Part shown: positions 48,861-59,652 of the stretch, piece by piece | Numbering within the stretch: position 1 is the first letter of the stretch | Layout: every line of letters begins with the position of its first letter | Virus record (IMG/VR): IMGVR_UViG_3300022220_000003 | Coordinates: 1-64,000 of that record | DNA from: a virus | Direction: 5' to 3' (one strand) | Length of the DNA: 64,000 bases | Made by a program: the position numbers and the translations under genes | The notes under the pieces: generated by a model | Seen by the model: the letters and a program-made list of their open reading frames with translations, nothing else | The model's database searches: none | What the model was told of the DNA's origin: nothing

Positions 48861-50579
48861 ATGGGCGAGGCCTTCAACAAAGCATTGGGACTCCTTGGAG
48901 TGGACAGGGTGATCCCACAATCAACCCTCGGGCGCCTTTTGCGGGAGTCGGGACCGCAGAAAACAACCGAGTTCCGGCGGATCCACAACCTACCGCGGCG
49001 GGAGTGGGAGACCGATCCGACGGTCGCGGAGCTAACACGGTTGTTGACGATCCACCTAAGGACCGCCAATGGAAGCATGGAATTGTGGGCCATACAAGCG
49101 GCCGGTTTGCGTGAGATCTACGAGGTGGGGGGCCTATTTGGCCCCATGGCTGTATCGGCCGGCAAAACCCTGATCACGCTATTAGCCCCGGTGTTGCTCG
49201 AGGCCGAGCGCCCCCTGCTCGTGGTGCCCGCGGCCTTGCGCGAACAGACGAACCGGTTTGTGATCCCCGCCATGGCCGAGCATTGGCGGTTGCACCCAAG
49301 CCTGACGATCGTTGGTTATACCGAGCTATCCTTGGAGAAAAACGCCATGTTTCTCGTGAAACACCGGCCGGATCTCATCATTGCTGACGAGTGCCACCGC
49401 CTCAAAAACAAGCAGGCGGGCCGTACCAAGCGGTTTATCCGGTACATGCGGGAATACCCCGAGACCCGGTTCGTTGCCCTCTCGGGTACGGTAACCAACC
49501 GATCGATCAAAGACTACGCCCACATATTGCGGTGGTGCCTCGGTGAGCGCACCCCCTTGCCCGAGTCATGGCGGGAGCTCTCACAATGGGCCGATGCCCT
49601 AGACGTGCTCAAACCCGGGGAGGAACCGAGCCCGGCGGGAGCTCTCGAGGCGTGGGCGGTGGAGGGCAACGTACGCCACGGTTATCGGGATCGGTTGGTC
49701 CAGACCCCCGGGGTGATCGCCACCAAGGAGGGCGAGCTCGGGGTTAGCCTGCAAATCCTCAACCGGCGGCCGGCGGTGCCCGATCACGTGGCCGGGTTAA
49801 TCAACACCATGCGCAACAAATGGGTGACGCCCTACGGGGAGGAGATCACCGAGGCGGTGGAGCTCTGGCGCCACGTGCGAGAGCTCGCGTGTGGATTCTA
49901 CTATAGGTGGGAGCCACCGCCCCCGATCGAGTGGCTCTTGGCCCGCAAGGGGTGGAAAACCTACGTTCGCAACACCCTCCTACACAACCGCCGAAACCTA
50001 GACACCGAATTGCAGGTTTGGAACGAGGCGGCCGGGGCCAAGCGTCCCCCCGAGGAGTGGGTTAAGTGGGAGGCTATCAAGCATACCTACGAGCCCAACA
50101 CCGTGGCCGAGTGGGTGAGCGATTACGCCATTGCAGACGCAACCGAGTGGTTCGAGGAGGTGGGCGGGATCGTTTGGACCGAGCACCGGGTTTTTGGGAC
50201 CGAGCTCGCCATGGTCTCGGGGTATCCCTACTTCGGAGCCGGCCCAAAGGCCAACGTGGGGATCCTCGAGCACAAGGGCCCGTGCATAGCCTCGATCCGG
50301 GCCCATTCCGAGGGAAAAAACTTGCAACACCACCACCATGCCAATTTAATAGTCGCACCACCGAGCTCTGGAAAGACGTGGGAACAGCTCCTCGGCCGTA
50401 CCCACCGCCATGGCCAACAGGCTGAGGAGGTGACCGCCGAGGTATATACCCAAGTGCCCGAGCTCGTGGCTAGTTTTCGCCAAGCCGTGCGGGATGCTCG
50501 GTATCTCGAGCACACCCTCGGCAGCCGACAAAAATTACTATACGCGGACATTGCGTTTGACTACTCGGGGGCCATATGA
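48861..50579 (+). CDS. SF2 helicase
   Basis: SAGKT, ADECH, LSGT and QLLGRTHRHGQ motifs. Confidence 0.85.
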   Translation: MGEAFNKALGLLGVDRVIPQSTLGRLLRESGPQKTTEFRRIHNLPRREWETDPTVAELTRLLTIHLRTANGSMELWAIQAAGLREIYEVGGLFGPMAVSAGKTLITLLAPVLLEAERPLLVVPAALREQTNRFVIPAMAEHWRLHPSLTIVGYTELSLEKNAMFLVKHRPDLIIADECHRLKNKQAGRTKRFIRYMREYPETRFVALSGTVTNRSIKDYAHILRWCLGERTPLPESWRELSQWADALDVLKPGEEPSPAGALEAWAVEGNVRHGYRDRLVQTPGVIATKEGELGVSLQILNRRPAVPDHVAGLINTMRNKWVTPYGEEITEAVELWRHVRELACGFYYRWEPPPPIEWLLARKGWKTYVRNTLLHNRRNLDTELQVWNEAAGAKRPPEEWVKWEAIKHTYEPNTVAEWVSDYAIADATEWFEEVGGIVWTEHRVFGTELAMVSGYPYFGAGPKANVGILEHKGPCIASIRAHSEGKNLQHHHHANLIVAPPSSGKTWEQLLGRTHRHGQQAEEVTAEVYTQVPELVASFRQAVRDARYLEHTLGSRQKLLYADIAFDYSGAI

Positions 50580-50845
50580 CGGGTTTTGACAGCCACTGTT
50601 TAGATTGTGATAAACGGATCAAAGATGATTACGAACGCTGTTTTGACTGTGCACAGGAGTACCGCAACGAGCCATTGAGAATAGAGGGCAAGCTATCCAC
50701 GGAAACGGCCAAGGGACTCGGAGGAATCCTCGAGGGGTACGAGGACCGGATCAATTGGTTTCCCAAATCGGTGGTGACTTACGAGGATGGGGCGTTTTGG
50801 GTTCCGAGGTGGCTCGCCGAGGAAAAAGGAATCGTCGCAATCTAG

Positions 50846-50880
50846 CAACAGGCAACAGACAACAGACAACAGACAACAGG
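50846..50880 (+). repeat. 5 x CAACAGR heptamer leader
   Basis: Unstructured repeat ending at the RBS of 50891. Confidence 0.8.
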
Positions 50881-50890
50881 AGCCTAGGCC

Positions 50891-51373
50891 ATGTCAGATT
50901 TCGATGGAATTGAGGACGCCGAATCAACCCGGCGATCTAACTACGTTTTACCGGGGCAATACCCGGTCCTATTTGTCAACGCCCTCAAAAAGATCCGCTC
51001 TCAAAAAACCGGGGATACCTTGTTTATCGCCGAGTTCGATATCCTCGAGAGCAAGGTGGATGAGCGCCCTCCGGGTATGGATATGTCATCAATATTCAAT
51101 ATATCCAAACACGGCAAAACCGCGCTCGGTAATATCAAGGGTTTGATCGCGGCGTGCCTCGATATTGAGGAGGCCAAGGTGGACTCGAAAACCGCGGATC
51201 TCGCGGTGAGCATTGAGAATCCGTTTCACGGTCGGTTGGTCCGATGTGAAGCGGTGGAGGTGACCACCACCGCGGGGGCCCCGTTTACCAAGCCGAATTT
51301 TTACCCATTGCCCGAGGGGCTCCAAAGCCAATCTCTCGAGCTGCACGAAAAAGCCGGATTTGCGCCCTTTTAA
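50891..51373 (+). CDS. Probable single-stranded DNA-binding protein
   Basis: Lies between helicase and polymerase; beta-rich; C-terminal APF; unstructured repeat leader. Confidence 0.5.
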   Translation: MSDFDGIEDAESTRRSNYVLPGQYPVLFVNALKKIRSQKTGDTLFIAEFDILESKVDERPPGMDMSSIFNISKHGKTALGNIKGLIAACLDIEEAKVDSKTADLAVSIENPFHGRLVRCEAVEVTTTAGAPFTKPNFYPLPEGLQSQSLELHEKAGFAPF

Positions 51374-51411
51374 ATAAGGGTCCTGCACCGGCCCCCCAAT
51401 TCAACAGGGCA

Positions 51412-53349
51412 ATGGTGTGCGGGGGGCCGGTGTTTGGCTTGGAGGGCCCGCGAGTGGTTGGGATTGCTTTTGATCTCGAAACTGAGAAGTTTCGGCCGGG
51501 CCTAATGGCTCCGCCACCGGTGTGCCTATCGTACGCCCACGAGTCGACCAAAGGTCTCAAGGTGGGCGGCGATATCGCCACCTATGCGGCCTCGATTTTC
51601 CAATACGCTCTCGAAGGCCATGCTTACATTGTGGGCCACAGTGTTGCGTTTGATATGGCTGTTTTGCTGGCCCACCGGCCCGAGCTCGCCGATCTGATCT
51701 GGCTGCTCTATACAACCGGGCGGGTGCGGTGCACCCGGGTGCGGGAAAAGTTGCTCGATATTGCTGAGGGGACCCACGGCGGCGAGTGGGATGCCAAGGG
51801 CGAGAAAAAGATCAAGAAGACCTATGATCTCGCCGATATCGTGGCACGCAAGTTTGGCCGCAAGCGCGACAAGAAGACTTGGCGGACGGGTTACGCCGAG
51901 CTGCTCGAGACGCCTCTCGATCAATGGCCGCAAGGCGCCATCGATTACGCGGTGGACGACGCAACCGACACCCTCGAGCTCTATAACCACCAAGAGGATC
52001 GGGCGTACAACATGCGCTATCTGCTGCCTGATCAAGACAGCCAAACGCGGGCTGATCTCGGATTGCGCCTAATGTCGGTGTGGGGTGTGCGGACCGATGG
52101 CGCAAGCGTCGAGGCCCTCAAGGCGGCCACCGATAAACGATTCGAGGAGCTCAAGTTTGAGCTTCAAGCGGCGGGGTTGGTTCGCACTAAGCGGACCCCC
52201 AAGGGTAAAGAATCCAAAAATTTAGCCCAGACCCGGGAGCTTGTGGAGCGATCGTTTTCAGGGCCAACGGTGCCAAGGACCGATAAAGGGGCGATCAAAA
52301 CCGATGCGGACACCCTCGAGCTCTGTAATGATCCATTGGCCTCGGTGTTGCATGAATACGTGGGCCTCGAAAAATCGGCCGGGGCCTTTGTCAACAAGCT
52401 GCGGGAGGGGGCCGAGCTCCCGATCCATCCCTCGTTTAACGTGCTAGTCAACTCGGGGCGGACCTCGAGCTCTAGCCCCAACATTCAACAGCAACCACGG
52501 GTGCCCGGGGTGCGGGAGTGTTTCACACCGAGGCCCGGGTGGTTGTATCTCGCATGTGATTACGACAGCCAAGAGCTCCGAGCGTGGGCCCAAGTGTGCC
52601 TCGATCTCGTTGGTCAAAGCACCCTCGCCGAAAAATACCAGGCCGATCCGGACTTCGATCCACACCTCGATTTTGCCGCGAGCAAAATGTTGGGGATCTC
52701 ATACGAGGAGGCCCAAGTCCGCAAAAGGGCGGGCGATAAGGTCGTTAAAGAGTATAGACAACAGGCCAAACCCGCGAATTTTGGGTTTCCTGTCGGCATG
52801 AGTTACAAAACCTTTCGCACGTATGTGCGAGGTTACGGCCTCAAGATATCGGAGGATGAGGCCGAGGAGCGGCGTAGCCAATGGTACGCCCAATGGCCCG
52901 AGAGCCAAAAATACTTCGAGGAGATCAATCGCCAAGTGGGCCAGGCCGGGGAGGGTGATATTATCCAGCTCCGATCCGGCCGCAAGCGGGGCTTTTGCCG
53001 CTACACGGTGGCGGCCAATACCTATTTCCAAGGCCTCGCGGCTGACGCCTCCAAGCTCGCCCTGTGGTGGGTGACGCGGGCGTGTCACATCGATCAGAGC
53101 TCACCGTTGTACGGTTGCAGGCCGGTGATCTTTTTGCACGATGAGATCATAATGGAGGCCCCCGAGGCCTACGCCCACCTAGCAGCCCCCGAGCTCGAGC
53201 GGCTCATGGTCAAGGCCATGCAATTGTATGTGCCTGATGTGCCCTGCCGTGCCACCGCGGCATTGATGCGGCGGTGGGCCAAGGGGGCCGAGCCCGCCTA
53301 TATTGATGGCAAGTTGGTGCCGTTTGAGGACGTGAGGACCGCGGCATGA
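51412..53349 (+). CDS. polA: Family A DNA polymerase with 3'-5' exonuclease domain
   Basis: FDLET, AFD and YAVDD exonuclease motifs; GRTSS, DYDSQELR, RQQAKPANFG and LHDEI; start uncertain. Confidence 0.92.
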   Translation: MVCGGPVFGLEGPRVVGIAFDLETEKFRPGLMAPPPVCLSYAHESTKGLKVGGDIATYAASIFQYALEGHAYIVGHSVAFDMAVLLAHRPELADLIWLLYTTGRVRCTRVREKLLDIAEGTHGGEWDAKGEKKIKKTYDLADIVARKFGRKRDKKTWRTGYAELLETPLDQWPQGAIDYAVDDATDTLELYNHQEDRAYNMRYLLPDQDSQTRADLGLRLMSVWGVRTDGASVEALKAATDKRFEELKFELQAAGLVRTKRTPKGKESKNLAQTRELVERSFSGPTVPRTDKGAIKTDADTLELCNDPLASVLHEYVGLEKSAGAFVNKLREGAELPIHPSFNVLVNSGRTSSSSPNIQQQPRVPGVRECFTPRPGWLYLACDYDSQELRAWAQVCLDLVGQSTLAEKYQADPDFDPHLDFAASKMLGISYEEAQVRKRAGDKVVKEYRQQAKPANFGFPVGMSYKTFRTYVRGYGLKISEDEAEERRSQWYAQWPESQKYFEEINRQVGQAGEGDIIQLRSGRKRGFCRYTVAANTYFQGLAADASKLALWWVTRACHIDQSSPLYGCRPVIFLHDEIIMEAPEAYAHLAAPELERLMVKAMQLYVPDVPCRATAALMRRWAKGAEPAYIDGKLVPFEDVRTAA

Positions 53350-53789
53350 TGGTGGCGATCGACCCCGGCAAACACGCCAGCGGGTGGGCGGTGTTTTCGC
53401 GGCGGCGGTTGTGGGCTTGTGGGTTTGGCAATGATCACCACGCGATCCTCGAGGCCGCGGTGGGCCGGGTGGATCTCGTGGTGCTCGAAGTGCCTAGGGT
53501 TTATGACCGGCGGCGGTGGAAAGGTGACCCCAACGATCTGATCGATATCTCGATCGCGGGTGGAATTTTGGCCGGGGCCTTGCGGGCCGAGCAGGTCAAG
53601 CCGATCCGGCCCCAAGACTGGAAAGGGCAGACCCCCAAGGCGGTGCAGACCGAGCGGACCGTTGCCAAGCTCACCAAGGCCGAGCTCGAAAAGCTCGAGG
53701 GGGTGACCACAAAAAGCAAGCTACACAACGTGATTGACGCGGTGGGGATCGGCTTGTGGGAGCTGAAACGATGCCAAAACGCGAGGTAA
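53346..53789 (+). CDS. RuvC-like Holliday junction resolvase
   Basis: AIDPG, VLEVP, PQDWKG and DAVGIG motifs. Confidence 0.75.
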   Translation: MMVAIDPGKHASGWAVFSRRRLWACGFGNDHHAILEAAVGRVDLVVLEVPRVYDRRRWKGDPNDLIDISIAGGILAGALRAEQVKPIRPQDWKGQTPKAVQTERTVAKLTKAELEKLEGVTTKSKLHNVIDAVGIGLWELKRCQNAR

Positions 53790-54001
53790 AAGCGTTCGAT
53801 CAGCAGAATTACGAGGACTTGATCGTCTTGCTCCAAGAGGTGCAGCTCTCGATTGATGCAATCGCGGATCGGTATGAGATATCCCAACGGACGGCGTATC
53901 GGTGGCTAAGATACGCGAAATCTGACGGGTGGGACGTGATTAAACGGGGTTGTAACCCAACCCGCTACCAATTGGCGGTGCCAACATGTCAAGCAGTCTA
54001 G
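53771..54001 (+). CDS. HTH DNA-binding protein
   Basis: SIDAIADRYEISQRTAYRWL. Confidence 0.7.
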   Translation: MPKREVKAFDQQNYEDLIVLLQEVQLSIDAIADRYEISQRTAYRWLRYAKSDGWDVIKRGCNPTRYQLAVPTCQAV

Positions 54002-54612
54002 CAGTGGCCGAGCAGGCCGAGGTGATTCAAGCGGCGGGGCCTCAGACCAAAGACGCGGAGGCGAGCCTCGATTTTATCAAGCGGCTCGAAATAACCACCG
54101 GGGCCGATTTCGCGGGCGCGGTGCGTATGGCGGCCCAAGTCAAAACCAAGTTTGGTGAGGTGGACGCGAAGCGCAAAGAGTACACCTCCAAGCTCGCCGA
54201 GATCGTGGACCAATTCAACGGCGAATTCAAACCGGGGCTCGAGGCCCTCAAGGAGGCCGAGAAAACCCTCAAGGATAAGCTTGCGGGGTTTGCCAAGGCC
54301 CAAGCCTATACGCGGGCCCAAATGCTTCGCAAGGCCTCGGAGGCGGCGGAGGCCGGGAAGCAAGCCAAAGCAGACGCCATGATCGCCGAGGCGGCCGGGT
54401 ACGGGGTGCCCGAGGTCAAAGGGTGCTCGATCCGGGACGTGTGGACCGGTGAGGTGGTGGACGCCGAGGCGATCCCCCGCGAGTATTTGATCGCCGATGA
54501 GAAGGCCCTCAAGGCGGTTACCAAGGCGAGAAAATGCGACCCACAGATCCCCGGGTGGCGGGCTTATCCTCAACCCTCGGTGACGATCACGGTGTCACGG
54601 GTGCGGGTATGA
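53986..54612 (+). CDS. Coiled-coil phage protein (Gp157/Gam-like)
   Basis: Long helix plus VVD..AIPREYL...IPG tail. Confidence 0.5.
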   Translation: MSSSLAVAEQAEVIQAAGPQTKDAEASLDFIKRLEITTGADFAGAVRMAAQVKTKFGEVDAKRKEYTSKLAEIVDQFNGEFKPGLEALKEAEKTLKDKLAGFAKAQAYTRAQMLRKASEAAEAGKQAKADAMIAEAAGYGVPEVKGCSIRDVWTGEVVDAEAIPREYLIADEKALKAVTKARKCDPQIPGWRAYPQPSVTITVSRVRV

Positions 54613-54792
54613 TCGTTGAGGTGGACGCGGATAGGTTAGAGGTTGCAGGAAAAGAGGCCCGCAAGGCCCTCGCGGCCCTACGGTCCCAAGGCCACCCCGA
54701 TGGGTGCTCGTGTAAACTTTGCACTGCGGGGCGTTATCTCGACTCGGCCTATAGGCGACTTGAGGTGAGCCTCAAGGATTCGAGCAACGGGC

Positions 54793-55590
54793 ATGTCAGA
54801 GGATAGACGACGCACAAGGCGAGAGCAGCTCGATCGTTACCTTGAGGGGGTGCAAAAAGGTGAGGCGGATCTGGCCCTCCAAGCCGATCTCGAGCTCACC
54901 AACGCGGCCTTTTCCCACCTCAAAGAAAACGCCCTCGCAAACGAGATCGAGCGGATAAAGAGCACTACCACCGAGCAGACTTATGTTGAATATTGCCTAG
55001 CGCAACGGGGTTGTATTGATGATTTAAACACCCTGCTCGACCAGTACCGCGAGGCCAAAAACGCCAGCGCCATCGTTGGGGCGGTCAAGGCGAGGTCGGA
55101 CATTATCGACAAAATGATCAAGCTCGGTCAAGATTTTGGGATCATTGAAAAGAAGCCCGAGGAAAAACGGATTGTGGCGGGGGTGGTGGTCACCCAGTTG
55201 AGCAACGAGGATCTAAAGGCGGCGATCGCCGAGCAGATCTCGAACCTAAACACGTTGGTGACGCAATACGGCAACAAAAAGTTGGTGGACGTCGAGCCGG
55301 GCGATCTCTACCGCGAATTGCCCGAGCCTAGCAATGTGATCGAGGCCAAGCTCGAGCCGGAACCGGAACCGGCCCCACCGGCGGAGCCGGAACCGGACCC
55401 TGCCCCTGAGCAACCACCACCGGAACCACTTTCCGAGACCATATCCCAACGAGCCAGGCGAATATTGACGACACCACCGCCACCACCCAAACAACGAGCT
55501 TCAAAACGGGCGGAGTCCGATAAACGAAATCGAGCCAAGGCCAATAAAGTGCACCGAGGGCGCCGAGTTGTGAAGCCCCCGGTGCGGTGA
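54793..55590 (+). CDS. Possible terminase small subunit
   Basis: Helical protein with a Pro-rich, basic tail upstream of TerL; assignment rests on position only. Confidence 0.35.
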   Translation: MSEDRRRTRREQLDRYLEGVQKGEADLALQADLELTNAAFSHLKENALANEIERIKSTTTEQTYVEYCLAQRGCIDDLNTLLDQYREAKNASAIVGAVKARSDIIDKMIKLGQDFGIIEKKPEEKRIVAGVVVTQLSNEDLKAAIAEQISNLNTLVTQYGNKKLVDVEPGDLYRELPEPSNVIEAKLEPEPEPAPPAEPEPDPAPEQPPPEPLSETISQRARRILTTPPPPPKQRASKRAESDKRNRAKANKVHRGRRVVKPPVR

Positions 55591-55653
55591 TATTTGGATT
55601 AAAACCGGCCCCAACGTTGCAGATCAGAAGGGGTCTATCACGAGGAGTGAGAC

Positions 55654-56392
55654 ATGGGCAGCAGCACAAGCAGAGTTATGCGGGGCGCGTTCGTTGGGAC
55701 GGGCGCTGATATCGACATTGAAACCGTAGGTTTTAGGCCGCGATCGGTTCACCTGATCAATCAAGACTCGGCCGACGAAATGTGGTGGCATAGCCACATG
55801 GCCGACGCCTCCGCGTTCAAACGGGTGACGGCGGGCACGGGATCAATTATCACGACGTTGGGGATCACGCCCTTGGCGGCCGGTTTCACATTGGGCGCCG
55901 ATACCGATCTGAATGTGGACGGTGAGACCGTGCTTTGGGAGGCCACCGAATAGGGTGGTTTCTCGGCCGGGCGGGTCGGCTGATCCCCGCTCGGCCACTC
56001 ATATTTTGAGGAGGTGACCTATGGCCGAGACCTCAGGCAACCCCTTTGGGGCCCCAAGGTACGCTCGCCACCGATCCGGGGCAACCGGGGTGGACGCGGC
56101 GACGATCACCGATCGCAAGGTCGGGATCAATATGACCGAGTACACCCACGCCCATATACAGGTGATCCCGTCCGGTGGTGCCAACCCCACGGTGGAGATC
56201 CTTTGGTGGAGTGAGGCGGCGGGCCGTTTTATTGAGGATCACACCCTAAACAGCAAAGGCGCCAAAGGCATCAACGTGCCGTTTGAGCTAACAGTGGATT
56301 GTCGTGGCCGTATCATGTTTGTGCGGTTTGACGCCTTGGCGGCGGGTAGTTGCGAGGTAATGGTTTCGGGATTCCACAGCAGCGCGATCTAG
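55654..56392 (+). other. Two small beta-rich, probably virion proteins (55654-55953, 56021-56392)
   Basis: Strong RBSs (GAGGAG, GGAGGT); packaging gene context. Confidence 0.5.
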
Positions 56393-56395
56393 CCA

Positions 56396-57862
56396 ATGCC
56401 CGAGCCGATCCCAATGCTCCCCAGCGGTGACGCCTTGGCCGACGCCGGGCGGGATGCATTGATCGACTATTACGACCATTGCAAATCGATGGCCGGCGAG
56501 TGGGTCTATCGCCAGGTGGTGGATAACTGCCGGGCGGATATCTTGGCGGCGATCCTCGGGTATGAGGTGCAGCCGTTTCATTTGGCCCTGATGGTGTTTC
56601 AAATGCTGCACCCCGACAATTTGCAGCTCTGTTTTCGGGGTGCAGGCAAAACCACCGTTTGCACGGTGACCCGGGCGATCTTTATGCTGATCCGCAACCG
56701 GGACTTGCGGATCCTCATAGCCTCGAAAACCAAGGGCAACGCCGAGAGCATGCTCAAGGAGATCAAGGGACACCTCGAGGAAAACCAGCGACTGATCGAG
56801 GTCTTTGGGTTGTTTTACGATCCGGCGGTGGTGACCAAATGGGATAACACCGAGATCGAGATCCTCGGGCGCAGCCGCAAGACCAAAGAGAGCTCGATCA
56901 TAGCAATCGGTGTTTCGGGTGCCTTGGCCTCCAAACACGTTGACGTGATCTTGGCCGATGACTTGGTGGACGAAGAAAACGCCCGTACCAAGTATATGCG
57001 AGACCGCGTCAAGCAGTGGTATTATCAGATCTTGGATCCGGTCCTCGAGCCACCCGAGCCCGGGTTTTTGCACCGCGGTGAGTTTCACCGGTTGGGGACC
57101 AGATATCATTTTGATGACCTATACGGGCATCTGATGTCGAATGAGCTCAAGGAGCACCACCAAGTGATCCCCGCGCTCGACTCAAACGAGCGCAGCCCGT
57201 GGCCCGAAAAATTTCCGCCCGATTGGTTCAAAGCCAAAAAGGAAAAATCAGGTACGATTATATTCAACGCTCAATACCAGTGCGATACCGAGGCAATGAA
57301 GGGCGAGATCTTCCAATATGACGATTGCCAACAGGTTTCGGCTGACGACGTGCCCGCGGGTCTCAAGGTCTACATGGGTGTTGACTTGGCGATCACCGAG
57401 CAGGAACAAAACGACATGTTTTGCATAGTGGTGGGAGGTCTAGACCAGGCCGAAAACTGGTATGTGATTGACTATTTCGAGGGCCACCTCCGATTTGCAG
57501 CCCAAACCGCGGCGATCAAGCGCTACTACAAAAAACACGATCCTATCCGGGCGGCCATTGAGACCAATAGCTACCAGGCGGCCCAATACCAGACCCTCAA
57601 AGATGAGGATCAGAGCTTGCGGCTTATGCCGGTGCACACCGAGAAAGACAAGATCACCAGAGCTTGGAAGGTCTCACCGAGGTTTGAAAATAAGCAGATG
57701 TTTTTCGTCAAGGGGGGCAATATCCACAAGCTGATCGAGGCGATCGTTTTATTCCCCTCGCATCGATACAAGGACCCGTTTGACGCCTTGGACATGATGC
57801 TCAGGGCCAGCAAAGTGCGTCGACGCCGCAAGCGGCGACAACGTGAACCGGGGATCATCTGA
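56396..57862 (+). CDS. terL: Terminase large subunit
   Basis: FRGAGKTT Walker A; ILADDLVD Walker B; GTRYH..DLYG; GVDLA nuclease motif; D..DA. Confidence 0.9.
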   Translation: MPEPIPMLPSGDALADAGRDALIDYYDHCKSMAGEWVYRQVVDNCRADILAAILGYEVQPFHLALMVFQMLHPDNLQLCFRGAGKTTVCTVTRAIFMLIRNRDLRILIASKTKGNAESMLKEIKGHLEENQRLIEVFGLFYDPAVVTKWDNTEIEILGRSRKTKESSIIAIGVSGALASKHVDVILADDLVDEENARTKYMRDRVKQWYYQILDPVLEPPEPGFLHRGEFHRLGTRYHFDDLYGHLMSNELKEHHQVIPALDSNERSPWPEKFPPDWFKAKKEKSGTIIFNAQYQCDTEAMKGEIFQYDDCQQVSADDVPAGLKVYMGVDLAITEQEQNDMFCIVVGGLDQAENWYVIDYFEGHLRFAAQTAAIKRYYKKHDPIRAAIETNSYQAAQYQTLKDEDQSLRLMPVHTEKDKITRAWKVSPRFENKQMFFVKGGNIHKLIEAIVLFPSHRYKDPFDALDMMLRASKVRRRRKRRQREPGII

Positions 57863-59652
57863 TGACAGACAGCACCACCACCGCCACCCGAGTGAGCAAC
57901 GCCACCAACAAGCGGGCCCTGCGGGCCGTTGTGATCGGCATGCGCAAGCGTGCGGCCGAGGTGCCGCACCCTAAAAACCTCGAGGAGGGGCGGCCCGAGC
58001 CGGGGCAATCCAAGGCCCTCACCGAGGACCCGTTCGAGGCTTTGACGGCCGAGGGTCGGTTGATTGAACCACCGTTTGACCTGCTCACCTTGGCCATGTT
58101 GCCCGAGCATTCGAGCGAGCTCGGCCAATGCGTCGAGGCCTACGAGGTTAATATCGAGGGGTTTGGGTTTCGGTTTGTGCCGCGGATCCGATCCAATGTA
58201 GATATGGCCAAGCTCGATCCGGTGTTGCGTGACGCAGTGCAGCTCGAAAAAACCGAGCTCGAAAATTTTTTTGCCTACTGCTCTGGAAGGCTCTCGTGGG
58301 TTGAGACGCGGCGGCGGGTGCGAAAGGACCTCGAAACTACAGGCAACGGGTATCTAGAGGTGGTCCGCAACGCGGCGGGCAAGATCCAAGGGCTCAACCA
58401 CCTACCAAGTTATCAAATGCGCCTTGGTGGCCTCGATCAAGAGGCGGTCAAGGTGGCATTGCCGATTCACGAGCTCCAAACCGATGGGTCTATCAGGATT
58501 GTGCGGGTGCCCTCGTGGGAGCGGTTTCGGCGGTTTGCGCAATCACGATCTTTGTTGCTACGCCATGCCACCCATGTGGGCCGATACGCGATCCGGTGGT
58601 TCAAGGAATTTGGGGATCCACGGGTGTATGACTACGAATCGGGCGAGGAGGCCAAGGGCGAGGATATCGCCAAGCTCCCACCCGAGCGGCGGGCCAACGA
58701 GTTGATCCATTTCAAGCTTTACAGCCCCCGCAGCCCGTACGGCCTACCTCGGACGATTGGCAATCTATTGAGTATCTTTGGCGCGAGAGCGGCCGAGGAG
58801 ATCAACTACACCACGTTTCGCAACAACAACATACCATCAATGTTGCTCTTGGTATCCAATGGCCAGCTCACCGAGGGATCAATTGATCGGATCGAGAGCT
58901 TTGTCGAATCCCAGATCCAGGGGTCGGACAACTACAGCAAATTTTTACTCGTTGAGGCCGAGGGGCTCGGCGAGGAGGGCGAGGACACGGGCCACGTCAA
59001 GGTCGAGGTTGAGCGGCTTGTTGAGCAACAACACAAAGACGCCCTGTTCCAAAACTACTCGGGCAACGCAGACAGCCGGATCCGGCGGGCCTTCCGATTG
59101 CCACCGATCCTTGTGGGCCGGGCCGATGATTACACCCGGGCCACGGCGGACACCTCGAGGCGATTGGCAGACGAGCAGATCTTTGCTCCCGAGCGCAATA
59201 TCCACGACGATACGGTCAACCGGTTGTTATTTCCCGACATGGGGATCGTGTACCACAAGTACAAGAGCAACACCCCCAACACCACTGACAACGCCGAGCT
59301 AGTCAAGATCCTCGGCGGGGCTGAGAAAACCGGTGGCATGACCCCAAGGATCGCCCGGTTGTTGCTCGAGGATATTCTTGGCCAAGACTTGCCAGGGTTC
59401 CCGGCCGAGTTTGCAGACAAGGCCGATATGCCGTTTAGCCTGCTCATGGCCGAGGCGGTGCAAAACAAGGCAGACCCGGCGGAGCCGGGGCAACAGGTAA
59501 CGGCGATCAAGGCCTTGGACTTTATCGAAAAACTGACCGGTGGGGAGCTCGGCGAAATCGAGGAGGCCGAGCTCGCCAAAACCGCGGTGCAAATCAATCG
59601 GCACTTCGAGAAACGATGGCGCCGAGAGGTCAAGGCTAGTCTAGCGGGATAA
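57862..59652 (+). CDS. Portal protein
   Basis: GNGYLEVVRN, NELIHF..YSP.S.YGLP, AFRLPPILVG; follows TerL. Confidence 0.88.
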   Translation: MTDSTTTATRVSNATNKRALRAVVIGMRKRAAEVPHPKNLEEGRPEPGQSKALTEDPFEALTAEGRLIEPPFDLLTLAMLPEHSSELGQCVEAYEVNIEGFGFRFVPRIRSNVDMAKLDPVLRDAVQLEKTELENFFAYCSGRLSWVETRRRVRKDLETTGNGYLEVVRNAAGKIQGLNHLPSYQMRLGGLDQEAVKVALPIHELQTDGSIRIVRVPSWERFRRFAQSRSLLLRHATHVGRYAIRWFKEFGDPRVYDYESGEEAKGEDIAKLPPERRANELIHFKLYSPRSPYGLPRTIGNLLSIFGARAAEEINYTTFRNNNIPSMLLLVSNGQLTEGSIDRIESFVESQIQGSDNYSKFLLVEAEGLGEEGEDTGHVKVEVERLVEQQHKDALFQNYSGNADSRIRRAFRLPPILVGRADDYTRATADTSRRLADEQIFAPERNIHDDTVNRLLFPDMGIVYHKYKSNTPNTTDNAELVKILGGAEKTGGMTPRIARLLLEDILGQDLPGFPAEFADKADMPFSLLMAEAVQNKADPAEPGQQVTAIKALDFIEKLTGGELGEIEEAELAKTAVQINRHFEKRWRREVKASLAG

